A stretch of 28,826 nucleotides of DNA from a virus (taxonomy: Duplodnaviria > Heunggongvirae > Uroviricota > Caudoviricetes), in the IMG/VR virus record IMGVR_UViG_2541047699_000005, one strand, 5' to 3'. A program made the translations under genes and the position numbers. Below are positions 21,705 to 28,579 of this stretch, one piece after another. Each line of letters starts with the position of its first letter. Position 1 is the first letter of the stretch. The notes beneath the pieces were generated by a model. That model did no database searches. It was not told the DNA's origin and saw only the letters and a program-made list of their open reading frames with translations.

Positions 21705-22055
21705 TTAAGGTTGTGATTCCGGAGGAGTCTTCAGAGAACCAGTAATTCTTCCTGGTAGCTTTCCTTTGTAGGTTATCCACACATTCTGCGCCTCTAAAAT
21801 TACGGGGCGCTTTTCCGGCGACTGCTCATCCCCTTCACATAACCCGGCAGCAACATCCAGGAAGACCTGTCTGATGCTCCTTCTGGCTGCTGCCTCATAA
21901 AACCCCAGCGCGGCACCTTCAACACGGTCCAGCGAGATGTCCAGGTCAAAAATTTCACCGTCAAAGCGTTTTTTGTCCCGTAACGCTAAAGTTACCGTAA
22001 CTTTATTCTCAAAATTGCGGATCCCTTTCACAATCAGTTCATAGTTTTGAGTCAT
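21705..22055 (-). CDS. YdfR-like (DUF1327-type) protein of unknown function inside the lysis cassette
   Basis: 116-aa ORF between holin and endolysin on the same strand; the position matches ydfR between essQ and rrrQ in the E. coli Qin prophage as I recall the gene order. Confidence 0.5.
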   Translation of the reverse strand: MTQNYELIVKGIRNFENKVTVTLALRDKKRFDGEIFDLDISLDRVEGAALGFYEAAARRSIRQVFLDVAAGLCEGDEQSPEKRPVILEAQNVWITYKGKLPGRITGSLKTPPESQP

Positions 22056-22059
22056 TGAA

Positions 22060-22275
22060 TTACTCTCCCCGTGCAGCCTTACGACGGTCCTCTCTGATTT
22101 TGAAATACAGGTTAGTCAGATATGTCAGGAAGCCCAGAACCAGACTCCCCAGTACACCAATCGCAGCCCACTGTGACGGACTGACCTGATCAAGCCACTG
22201 TAAAAACCAGTAGCCAGCACTGCCTGCGGAGGTGCCGTAGGCAATGCCCGTTGAAATTTTATCCATGGATTTCAT
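22060..22275 (-). CDS. S: Class II holin (phage 21 S-type pinholin)
   Basis: In-frame Met gives [71 protein letters not shown] (71 aa), with two transmembrane domains and the dual-start Met-Lys-Ser-Met motif; GGAGGTG SD upstream. Confidence 0.85.
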   Translation of the reverse strand: MKSMDKISTGIAYGTSAGSAGYWFLQWLDQVSPSQWAAIGVLGSLVLGFLTYLTNLYFKIREDRRKAARGE

Positions 22276-22412
22276 AGCCTCACCTCCGCAGCGAACGGAT
22301 GGCGTAGTTATAAGGGGAGCGAAAAAGAAAGAATGCGCGATTGCGCAATATGGTAACGTCAGGGTATTATCCACTGGCTGAATAGATCACTTCACGTTTT
22401 TTGTTCCTTGCC

Positions 22413-22440
22413 GCCCGTATCCATATGCGGGCTTTTTTTT
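22413..22440 (+). terminator. Plus-strand intrinsic terminator (hairpin plus T8)
   Basis: gcccgtat-ccat-atgcgggc stem-loop (one G-U pair) followed by eight T; the orientation is opposite to all neighbouring genes. Confidence 0.5.
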
Positions 22441-22446
22441 GCATGT

Positions 22447-22476
22447 AAAAAGGCCCCAACACATGTGCGTGGGGCC
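22447..22476 (-). terminator. Minus-strand terminator-like hairpin back-to-back with the plus-strand one
   Basis: Minus RNA ggcccca-(11-nt loop)-uggggcc followed by UUUUU, in the leader between the tRNA operon and the holin gene. Confidence 0.4.
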
Positions 22477-22676
22477 TGAGAGTATACATGGTTTCAGTCA
22501 ACTGCATGGTGCCGGGTGCCTCCCGGTGAATTCAGTACCAGCACCTGAATCCGCGATTATCCCATATACCTACTCGCTGATTGCCCCTCCGCACAGGGGG
22601 ATTCACCATGCCAGTTTCTTTTAACAAACTCCCCGCAAAACAGACAACTGTCAACCGTCTGAATTGTGAGACATTT

Positions 22677-22701
22677 AAAAAAAAGGCCCGCAAAAGCGAG
22701 C
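22677..22701 (-). terminator. Intrinsic terminator ending the tRNA operon
   Basis: Minus RNA ggcucgc-UUUU-gcgggcc followed by seven or eight U, starting 15 nt after the CCA end of tRNA-Arg(UCU). Confidence 0.55.
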
Positions 22702-22715
22702 CGGGAAAAATAAGT

Positions 22716-22792
22716 CTGGCGCGTTGTACTGGATTCGAACCAGTGACCGATTGCTTAGAAGGCAATTGCTCTGTCCGGTTGAGCTAACAACG
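22716..22792 (-). tRNA. tRNA-Arg (anticodon UCU), CCA encoded
   Basis: Hand-folded cloverleaf: acceptor GCGTTGT/ACAACGC, D-stem GCTC/GAGC, anticodon stem ATTGC/GCAAT with loop CTTCTAA, T-loop TTCGAAT, discriminator G, CCA. Confidence 0.85.
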
Positions 22793-22805
22793 CAGGGTAC
22801 AGATA

Positions 22806-22882
22806 ATGGACCGCCATCGAGGACTCGAACCCCGCGCAACCAGCTTCGAAGGCTGGTGCTCTATCCTGATGAGCTAATGGCG
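22806..22882 (-). tRNA. tRNA-Arg (anticodon UCG), CCA encoded
   Basis: Hand-folded cloverleaf: acceptor CCGCCAT/ATGGCGG, D-stem GCTC/GAGC, anticodon stem CCAGC/GCTGG with loop CTTCGAA, T-loop TTCGAGT, CCA. Confidence 0.8.
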
Positions 22883-22889
22883 GTATGTG

Positions 22890-22965
22890 ATGGTGGCCCT
22901 TGCTGGATTTGAACCAGCGACCTGGCGATTATGAGTCGCTCGCTCTCACCTCTGAGCTAAAGGGC
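22890..22965 (-). tRNA. tRNA-Ile2 (anticodon CAU, lysidine-type, reads AUA)
   Basis: Cloverleaf with anticodon loop CTCATAA; overall sequence GGCCCTTTAGCTCAGAGGTGAGAGCGAGCGACTCATAATCGCC...CCA is very close to E. coli tRNA-Ile2 (ileX) as recalled, so it is read as Ile rather than Met. Confidence 0.8.
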
Positions 22966-22974
22966 CGGGCGCAG

Positions 22975-23003
22975 GATAATAACGTTACGAAATCAATGTT
23001 GCA
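22975..23003 (-). promoter_or_regulatory. Candidate sigma-70 promoter of the tRNA operon
   Basis: On the minus strand: -35 TTGCAA, 17-bp spacer, -10 TATTAT, GC-rich discriminator (CCTGCGCCC); the predicted start is 2-3 nt before the mature tRNA-Ile 5' end. Confidence 0.45.
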
Positions 23004-23084
23004 AGCATTCAAAAATCACCTGGTTAAAAATCACCCTTAGCTCCTCCACCAGCGCATTCACCATGTCTATCCGAGATAAGTGGC

Positions 23085-23123
23085 ACAAAAAAACCCGCTT
23101 GTGGGCGGGTTTTGTTTGCTTTT
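23085..23123. terminator. Bidirectional intrinsic terminator downstream of the Q-like gene (candidate tR')
   Basis: Hairpin acccgc-ttgtgg-gcgggt flanked by A7 on one side and a T-rich tract on the other, about 70-90 bp downstream of the Q stop. Confidence 0.5.
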
Positions 23124-23164
23124 GCCATCACGTACAAAATCGGCAAAATATCAGATTTGCATGA

Positions 23165-23193
23165 AATATATGCCTTTCAATCTACTTTTGCAA
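23165..23193 (-). promoter_or_regulatory. Candidate late promoter (pR'-like) overlapping the end of the Q-like gene
   Basis: On the minus strand: -35 TTGCAA, 17-bp spacer, -10 TATATT. The predicted transcript would run about 70-75 nt to the terminator at 23085-23110, giving a short 6S-like RNA. Confidence 0.4.
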
Positions 23194-23872
23194 CACTTTG
23201 CTTTGAAAATGCCGCCTTTTGTTTTGAACGTGTTCTCATTACAAACAATAAAGCCTCACTATCCAGTCGTTGAAAAATGTGTTTCATTGCAACCCAGTGA
23301 CGAGTAAATGTTTTGGACCAGTTTTTAGTTGTCACTCCCGCCAGTAATGCCAGCTCCTGGTATTCATAACCTTCCCCACCAAAAAGTTCTGCTTTTACTG
23401 CCTGCGCCGCCAGCCAGATTAATTTTTTCAGGCGTTCCTGCGTTTTCCCTGCAATTTTTCTGGTACCGGATTGAGTATTAAATTCATTCCACGCCCACTG
23501 TGTTATCGCGATCTGATATTCCCAACAAATACTCCCGCCGTAACACCACAACAACCAGGCTTTATGATGCTCTTCAAGAGACAGCAAAGCCCGCCGCCAT
23601 GATGATGTCGAAAACTCAACCGGGCTGACCAGGGCAATTGATGAGCCATTCGCCAGTGATTGTTTTCCCGGGATTGGTGGATTATCCCGCGTTATCATTT
23701 TTCCAGTCACTTCATCGCGGTACCGGATTTTTTTTCGCCTGTAACGCCCTGTATCGAACATGGCATTCTCCTGCCAGGCTTCAAGCTGACCTTTTGTTGC
23801 CCCACTCAAATCAGCGGTGGCGATAATGAGCTGCTCACGCACAAACTGTAAATACTGGTTATTCATGCGCAC
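23177..23872 (-). CDS. Putative late-gene antiterminator Q-like protein
   Basis: 231-aa ORF immediately upstream of the candidate late promoter/terminator and lysis genes, in the position of quuQ in Qin-like prophages. Assignment is by position; I do not recognise the sequence as lambda Q. Confidence 0.55.
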   Translation of the reverse strand: MRMNNQYLQFVREQLIIATADLSGATKGQLEAWQENAMFDTGRYRRKKIRYRDEVTGKMITRDNPPIPGKQSLANGSSIALVSPVEFSTSSWRRALLSLEEHHKAWLLWCYGGSICWEYQIAITQWAWNEFNTQSGTRKIAGKTQERLKKLIWLAAQAVKAELFGGEGYEYQELALLAGVTTKNWSKTFTRHWVAMKHIFQRLDSEALLFVMRTRSKQKAAFSKQSVAKVD

Positions 23873-24228
23873 TCCAGTTCTGTGATTTTTATCCCCAGCC
23901 GCCCACCAGGAACGAGCTGACCGCGCACAATATTGATTTCATCAAACTGCTCGTCGTCTATAAGTAGTCCGGCATGCGTCAGCGCATCCAGTGGTGCCTT
24001 CAGGATATTGTCCAGGTCACGACGGCGCTTATCCGGTGGCTCTGCAATAATCTTTATCGCCAGCCTTCCGGACAGGTTTAATTTCAGCCGCTGCTGGCGA
24101 ACAATTAGCGCCACATCACGGCGATAACGCTTTCCGGCTTCCGAGATGAAATACGTATTGCCATGACGTCGCCAGTAGGTATTCACCGTCGGCGGGTAAG
24201 GCAAAACAAATTCTATGCGTTCAGTCAT
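23863..24228 (-). CDS. rusA: Holliday junction resolvase RusA
   Basis: 121-aa ORF with the RusA signature (LPYPPTVNTYWR...DKRRRDLDNILKAPLDALT...GGRLGIKITE). Confidence 0.9.
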   Translation of the reverse strand: MTERIEFVLPYPPTVNTYWRRHGNTYFISEAGKRYRRDVALIVRQQRLKLNLSGRLAIKIIAEPPDKRRRDLDNILKAPLDALTHAGLLIDDEQFDEINIVRGQLVPGGRLGIKITELECA

Positions 24229-25284
24229 TCATGCTTTCCACTTCAGGACACCCGAATTTCTCGCGTGCATTAAAAAACGAATCAGCAACAACAGCTGGCT
24301 GCCGTGTTTTTCTTCAAAATCTTTTACCCCGGCGTGCAGTTCGTTATGACATTTACGGCACAGCGGAATAACAAACAAATCATCAGCCTTTGTTCCCATC
24401 CCTCCCAGTCCATGACCAATGATGTGATGCGGATCATCTGCCTGATTACCGCACGTCATGCATTTCTGCGTTTTTACCCAACGCGTGTATACAGGCATCT
24501 CTTCCCGTTGTGGTTTCTGGCGCTGGAGATACTGAGCCGGTGACTCCGGATCAACGGCAATGCTGACCACCGTCTTTTCCTGTGGCGGGTTTTGCTGGTG
24601 GGCATGAGGCAACGGCGCAAGATTTTTTGTGCGCTGCTTCAGTATGCTGGTGGCGGTCTGCTCTCCCGGTACGATGTCGCTTTCGCGGTACAAGGAGCGG
24701 ATTTTTTCCGCACGTAACCCCAGAGAACGACGTAATACTGCCTCCGGAAGCGCGTCCGCCACCTGATTGCAGACCGCCCACCAGGATAATTCAGCCAGCG
24801 ACAATTCCCGCTCCTGCGTGCCATTCATTGCATGGCGTATGACGTCAATCATCCATGCTGACAGGTTTTGATGAGCAAGTTGCCCGAGTGATTCGGATGT
24901 CTGGTCACGCAACTGGTTGTCGCAGTGCCAGCACAACACCATCGCGCCGGTACCGTAACGATGTATGACGATTTCACTGTGATGATAGTCACCATGAGGC
25001 CACTGGCAGGATTTGACATGACGCAACAGCCAGTCAGACAGTGCCCCAGCGCCGCCAGCAGCACGAATCACCCGCTCATCGCTGAAAAATGGCAGTAATG
25101 ATTTATCCTCCGCCAGCGGCTGGCGAACGGCAGGGACGACTCCGGACGGCAGACCGCGCATGCTTTTCGGTTCAGGCTCCACCAGCACTCGAGGGTTATG
25201 AAATACTTGCATGGATTCACAGCCCGGCCTAAGGACCACCAGCCCGAGTTCCGGTACCAGAACAGGTCGAAGTAATACCCGCAC
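24229..25284 (-). CDS. DUF968-like protein (YdfU-like) with C-terminal Cys/His HNH-like motif
   Basis: 351-aa ORF with a GTG start, GGAGG SD and a stop-start overlap with the upstream gene. C-terminal CMTCGNQADDPHHIIGHG...CRKCHNELH suggests a zinc-bound nuclease-like fold. Confidence 0.65.
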   Translation of the reverse strand: MRVLLRPVLVPELGLVVLRPGCESMQVFHNPRVLVEPEPKSMRGLPSGVVPAVRQPLAEDKSLLPFFSDERVIRAAGGAGALSDWLLRHVKSCQWPHGDYHHSEIVIHRYGTGAMVLCWHCDNQLRDQTSESLGQLAHQNLSAWMIDVIRHAMNGTQERELSLAELSWWAVCNQVADALPEAVLRRSLGLRAEKIRSLYRESDIVPGEQTATSILKQRTKNLAPLPHAHQQNPPQEKTVVSIAVDPESPAQYLQRQKPQREEMPVYTRWVKTQKCMTCGNQADDPHHIIGHGLGGMGTKADDLFVIPLCRKCHNELHAGVKDFEEKHGSQLLLLIRFLMHARNSGVLKWKA

Positions 25285-25285
25285 G

Positions 25286-25558
25286 TTACCTCCAGATGCG
25301 TTGCTGGAATGTGCGGGACGGACGCGGTGGGCGTTCAGAGTAAGGAAGCCTGACGGAGATTATCCAGTGACGATAATCGAGGCTGAGGGCTTTCTTAATC
25401 TCGTATCCGCGTCTGCGGTAGTTATGAATTAGCCATTCGGCCTGTTCTTCAGTACATGGTGGGTGTTGGTACCAGTCGGTTTTAAATGCGTGTGAACGCC
25501 GCTCATGCCGGATGGCAAGGTCGGTATCAGAATTGTGAAATTTGGTTTTGTGCGCCAT
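25286..25558 (-). CDS. Hypothetical 90-aa protein
   Basis: ORF-track ORF translationally coupled to the DUF968-like gene; basic protein, no recognisable motif. Confidence 0.5.
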   Translation of the reverse strand: MAHKTKFHNSDTDLAIRHERRSHAFKTDWYQHPPCTEEQAEWLIHNYRRRGYEIKKALSLDYRHWIISVRLPYSERPPRPSRTFQQRIWR

Positions 25559-25626
25559 CTGTTTTCTCTGCTGGCGCAGCAGGTGTCAGGTGTTCAGGCT
25601 GACGTGCGAATTGTAAACCAGAATGC

Positions 25627-25657
25627 CAGGAAAAAACAAAACCCGCCGAAGCGGGTT
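25627..25657 (-). terminator. Intrinsic terminator downstream of the hok-family gene
   Basis: Minus RNA aacccgc-UUCG-gcggguu followed by UUGUUUUUU; a second stable hairpin (ggcgaggga-gaaa-ucccucgcc, about 25693-25714) lies between it and the hok stop. Confidence 0.5.
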
Positions 25658-25725
25658 AAGTGCGGGTGCGTTGAGGATGCCTGACACATCAGAGGCGGCG
25701 AGGGATTTCTCCCTCGCCAAGTCTC

Positions 25726-25881
25726 TTACTCCTCAGGTTCGTAGACTGTGAAGACAGCGACCTCCGTCTGGCCGGTTCGGATTCGTACCTCGCAGAGGTC
25801 TTTCCTCGTTACCAGTGCCGTCACTATGACGGTTAAACAGATGACGATCAGGGCGATTAACATCGCCTTTTGCTGCTTCAT
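25726..25881 (-). CDS. hok: Hok/Gef-family type I toxin (51 aa)
   Basis: MKQQKAMLIALIVICLTVIVTALVTRKDLCEVRIRTGQTEVAVFTVYEPEE, with an AAGGAG SD. It is nearly identical to the HokD/RelF sequence as I recall it. The ORF-track frame extends 19 codons upstream in frame to an ATG at 25938. Confidence 0.85.
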   Translation of the reverse strand: MKQQKAMLIALIVICLTVIVTALVTRKDLCEVRIRTGQTEVAVFTVYEPEE

Positions 25882-26134
25882 AGCCTGCTTCTCCTTGCCT
25901 TTCGGCACGTAAGAGGCTAACCTAGATTTGCCGTTCATAGATTGAGCCTCAGATTAATGTTAAGCGTCTTGCAGGACGCGTAATGTTAACTGGGGCTTTT
26001 CTCTATCTGCCTTTGGTGTTCATGCCTGAGGCAGATAGCCTCAAGCACCCGCAGCAATTCTACTTAAGTTAGATAAGCTTTTCTATGGTATTCTCTCAGC
26101 GTCCCGTAAATACAGTCTCGGCTCATCATTTTTA

Positions 26135-26392
26135 TCACAGGTGCGAGGAAAATATATAGCGCCCTCCATCAAGCATAACGAAATACATTTTCCATTCATC
26201 GCCATTCCTCAATTTAATACGAAGACTTTCCCCGCAAGTGTATTTATTAAACAACTGTTCCGATGTGCTAGTAAGAGGTATTTTTACCGTTATTACAACT
26301 ACTGCCCCACCATTTAACTCTCGAAGTTCAGCATCCGCATCCACAAAAGATGAATAAATGTTATGATCTGGGTAATCAACAATTAACTGCAT
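26135..26392 (-). CDS. Hypothetical 85-aa protein in an AT-rich island
   Basis: ATG at 26392 preceded by AAGGAG at 5-nt spacing (the ORF track starts 2 codons earlier at GTG). Strongly AT-rich compared with flanking phage genes; no recognisable motif. Confidence 0.6.
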   Translation of the reverse strand: MQLIVDYPDHNIYSSFVDADAELRELNGGAVVVITVKIPLTSTSEQLFNKYTCGESLRIKLRNGDEWKMYFVMLDGGRYIFSSHL

Positions 26393-26531
26393 ATTCACTC
26401 CTTAAATATAGCAACTAAAACAAACAACGATTTAACAGTAGGAATTGTTTTTATAACATATGAACGGTGCAAGATCTATCCAGATGAAGCCTCCCCTCAC
26501 ACCCCCCGTCTCATTACATGCATTTACTATC

Positions 26532-27047
26532 TCACCGTAAAACATCCTCCACGCTTATCAGTCCGTTTCGCTTCAGGTAGTCCATCGCCTTCTCCGGTAA
26601 TTTGCAGTCCGGCTTGGCTTTTTTCAGTTGGCTGACCAGTCGTTTAACCCACATTGTTAATTCGCTAACCTGATTGCCGGAAGCTGGTGGGTTGTCGGCT
26701 TTACCCAGAATGACAGCACTGCAGGCCTCTTTGAGTACCCAATCAACAGCATCTTTCCATGCTCCTGTTTCGACTGGTGGATTCTCACGCTTTACCTGTT
26801 CATAAAAGCGCACGGCTTTAACCAGTCCTTCTGATGTCAGTGGCACAGGCGGGGCAGTGAATAACGCCTGAATTTCATAGCTCGGCCTGTCGTTGCAATC
26901 CTCTTTTGTCGGTACATATTTCCAGTCACCAACCCACGGCTCCCCCTGTGAGTCCGTAATGCCTTTTTTCACGTAGCGATATCGCCATGCAACTGGTTTT
27001 GCCTGCCCTGCCGTTTCATGTCCTTCCTGATAATTAATCTCGCTCAT
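26532..27047 (-). CDS. Hypothetical 171-aa nin-region protein
   Basis: ORF-track ORF; its ATG overlaps the stop of an upstream 58-aa ORF (ATGA). Confidence 0.6.
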   Translation of the reverse strand: MSEINYQEGHETAGQAKPVAWRYRYVKKGITDSQGEPWVGDWKYVPTKEDCNDRPSYEIQALFTAPPVPLTSEGLVKAVRFYEQVKRENPPVETGAWKDAVDWVLKEACSAVILGKADNPPASGNQVSELTMWVKRLVSQLKKAKPDCKLPEKAMDYLKRNGLISVEDVLR

Positions 27048-27220
27048 TCATCGCCCCACTCATCACAATATGCTTCGACCGGAGTTTTTCCTGCTTCGTA
27101 GTCATAACGCCATGCTTCAGCATCAGCGGCACTTCCACCGCGTAACTCTGCATAATCCATTAACAGTTCATGCCATTCTTCAAAACTGGCGTTATATTTA
27201 GTTGAACCAAAATCAGCCAT
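27044..27220 (-). CDS. Hypothetical 58-aa protein (below the ORF-track size cut-off)
   Basis: Read by hand: ATG at 27220 preceded by AGGAAGAA, giving MADFGSTKYNASFEEWHELLMDYAELRGGSAADAEAWRYDYEAGKTPVEAYCDEWGDE, with TGA overlapping the next ATG. Confidence 0.4.
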   Translation of the reverse strand: MADFGSTKYNASFEEWHELLMDYAELRGGSAADAEAWRYDYEAGKTPVEAYCDEWGDE

Positions 27221-27395
27221 TTTGTTCTTCCTCTTCGTCTTTTATTTCGTGGTATGAGTAATTGCAGTAGTTAAAGAAAATATCTTTAGCTTCATCCTGT
27301 ATTTCATCTGGTGTTGCATCATCATCCACTTCGAATTCATCCTCGAAATCTCCACCGGCTATTCCCGTTTCAATAATTATTTTGAATTTTCGCAT
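27213..27395 (-). CDS. Small highly acidic 60-aa protein
   Basis: MRKFKIIIETGIAGGDFEDEFEVDDDATPDEIQDEAKDIFFNYCNYSYHEIKDEEEEQNG; about one third Asp/Glu; AT-rich coding sequence; a stable hairpin sits between an AGGAGG and the ATG. Confidence 0.5.
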   Translation of the reverse strand: MRKFKIIIETGIAGGDFEDEFEVDDDATPDEIQDEAKDIFFNYCNYSYHEIKDEEEEQNG

Positions 27396-27490
27396 TTCAC
27401 TACCGCCCTTTAGGGCGGCCTCCTGATGTTCTGAGGGTGCAGAAATCCCTCCGGTTAAGGATTAAATTGTATTTACAGCGCTAAATTTAT

Positions 27491-27847
27491 TTATTCAGTT
27501 CTGGATTTTGTCGCCCTGCGTATCCGCGCTTTCGCGTTACGCTCAATCTGAATTAACTTTTCTATATTTTTCCGCCTTTCCTGTTCCTCCTGGCGCAATA
27601 GCCTTACATCATCTGCCAGTCTGGTTTCTCTTTTCGCCACTGAGAGCATCCAGTCAAACGGCTCCACAACTGCACCGCAGATTTTACAGCGGACCTGACG
27701 CTCTTTTTCGTCAACCCGGACAGAAGCGTGATGGCAGTATGGTCTTTCCGATGGCTCATAAAGAAAATTAACCTGATTACGAGGGTCATCCTCTTTTACC
27801 GGAAATAAAACGATATTGCTTAACTCATCCTCTGGTTTTATTTCCAT
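27491..27847 (-). CDS. Hypothetical 118-aa protein with a possible zinc-binding motif
   Basis: Contains C-HH ... CKIC spacing (PYCHHASV...RCKICG) and a basic coiled-coil tail. Confidence 0.5.
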   Translation of the reverse strand: MEIKPEDELSNIVLFPVKEDDPRNQVNFLYEPSERPYCHHASVRVDEKERQVRCKICGAVVEPFDWMLSVAKRETRLADDVRLLRQEEQERRKNIEKLIQIERNAKARIRRATKSRTE

Positions 27848-28286
27848 GCTCCTCTCCTTTGATGCGAATGCCAGCGACGCGTAATGCGTGTTCTAGGTCA
27901 ATCAGGTAAAGCCAACTGCCATTTTCTTTAGGTATCATGACATGTCGCTCATCTGCATTTATCGGGTGTCCATATCGAAGGTCGTAGCGAGTCGGTAATT
28001 GAACTTCCCGCGCTTCCAGTTCAGCAATACGCTTGCTCCCATCAGAGATAACGCCTTCGTAATACTCACGCTGCTCGTTGAGTTGTGATTTTGCTTCTTC
28101 CAGTCCATCCAGCAAATCAGCGATAATATCCGCTTCCCGATGACGGATGTGACGCTTAAACGCAGCAAGAGCCGCATCACAATCCCGTTCAGCATTTGGG
28201 CTGTCCGGGATAGCCTGATACCACGCCAGCGTCGACTGATAGTTTTGTGCTGCCTCACGAAGCGCCTCATAGTTAACCTCTCTCAT
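27825..28286 (-). CDS. Hypothetical 153-aa nin-region protein
   Basis: ORF-track ORF overlapping the next gene by 23 bp; predicted coiled-coil, no motif recognised. Confidence 0.5.
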   Translation of the reverse strand: MREVNYEALREAAQNYQSTLAWYQAIPDSPNAERDCDAALAAFKRHIRHREADIIADLLDGLEEAKSQLNEQREYYEGVISDGSKRIAELEAREVQLPTRYDLRYGHPINADERHVMIPKENGSWLYLIDLEHALRVAGIRIKGEEHGNKTRG

Positions 28287-28579
28287 TGAGCCACCTCCTG
28301 ATAAATCACCGCATGCCCCAGTTTCTCCGCCAGTGCCAGCTCTGCCTTAGCGCCCGCTGACCGCTGCCAGCCATTCAGCATGTAAATCGCATCCACACAA
28401 CGAATCATTGCCATGCAAATATCCATGTAGTGCGGCTGTGTCAGCCCGTCCGGAAGTACTGCCGGGTTTAAGACGGTATGCCCTTCCCGTTTCAGTTCCT
28501 CTTCCACCTTGTGAAATGCCTCACGGTTGAAATTTTCATATCCCGTCATTGGACCGGCAATATAAACTCTCACCCTCAC
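28283..28579 (-). CDS. DUF4406-like protein (nucleoside 2-deoxyribosyltransferase-like fold)
   Basis: 98-aa ORF with a GTG start; N-terminal RVYIAGPMTG motif typical of this family; start overlaps the upstream stop (GTGA). Confidence 0.55.
   Translation of the reverse strand: MRVRVYIAGPMTGYENFNREAFHKVEEELKREGHTVLNPAVLPDGLTQPHYMDICMAMIRCVDAIYMLNGWQRSAGAKAELALAEKLGHAVIYQEVAQ

Noticed and set aside
22276-22715. Possibility of Shiga-toxin (stxAB) genes between the tRNA cluster and the holin
   Set aside because: Only about 440 bp are available and they contain no ORF of suitable size; the listed ORFs (22439..22624, 22532..22765, 22581..22787) are short and overlap tRNA or terminator sequence.
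25882-26530. relB/relE antitoxin-toxin genes upstream of hok, as in the Qin arrangement I recall
   Set aside because: The only ORF here (85 aa) does not resemble RelE or RelB as I recall them, so the hok gene is not in a relBEF context in this window.
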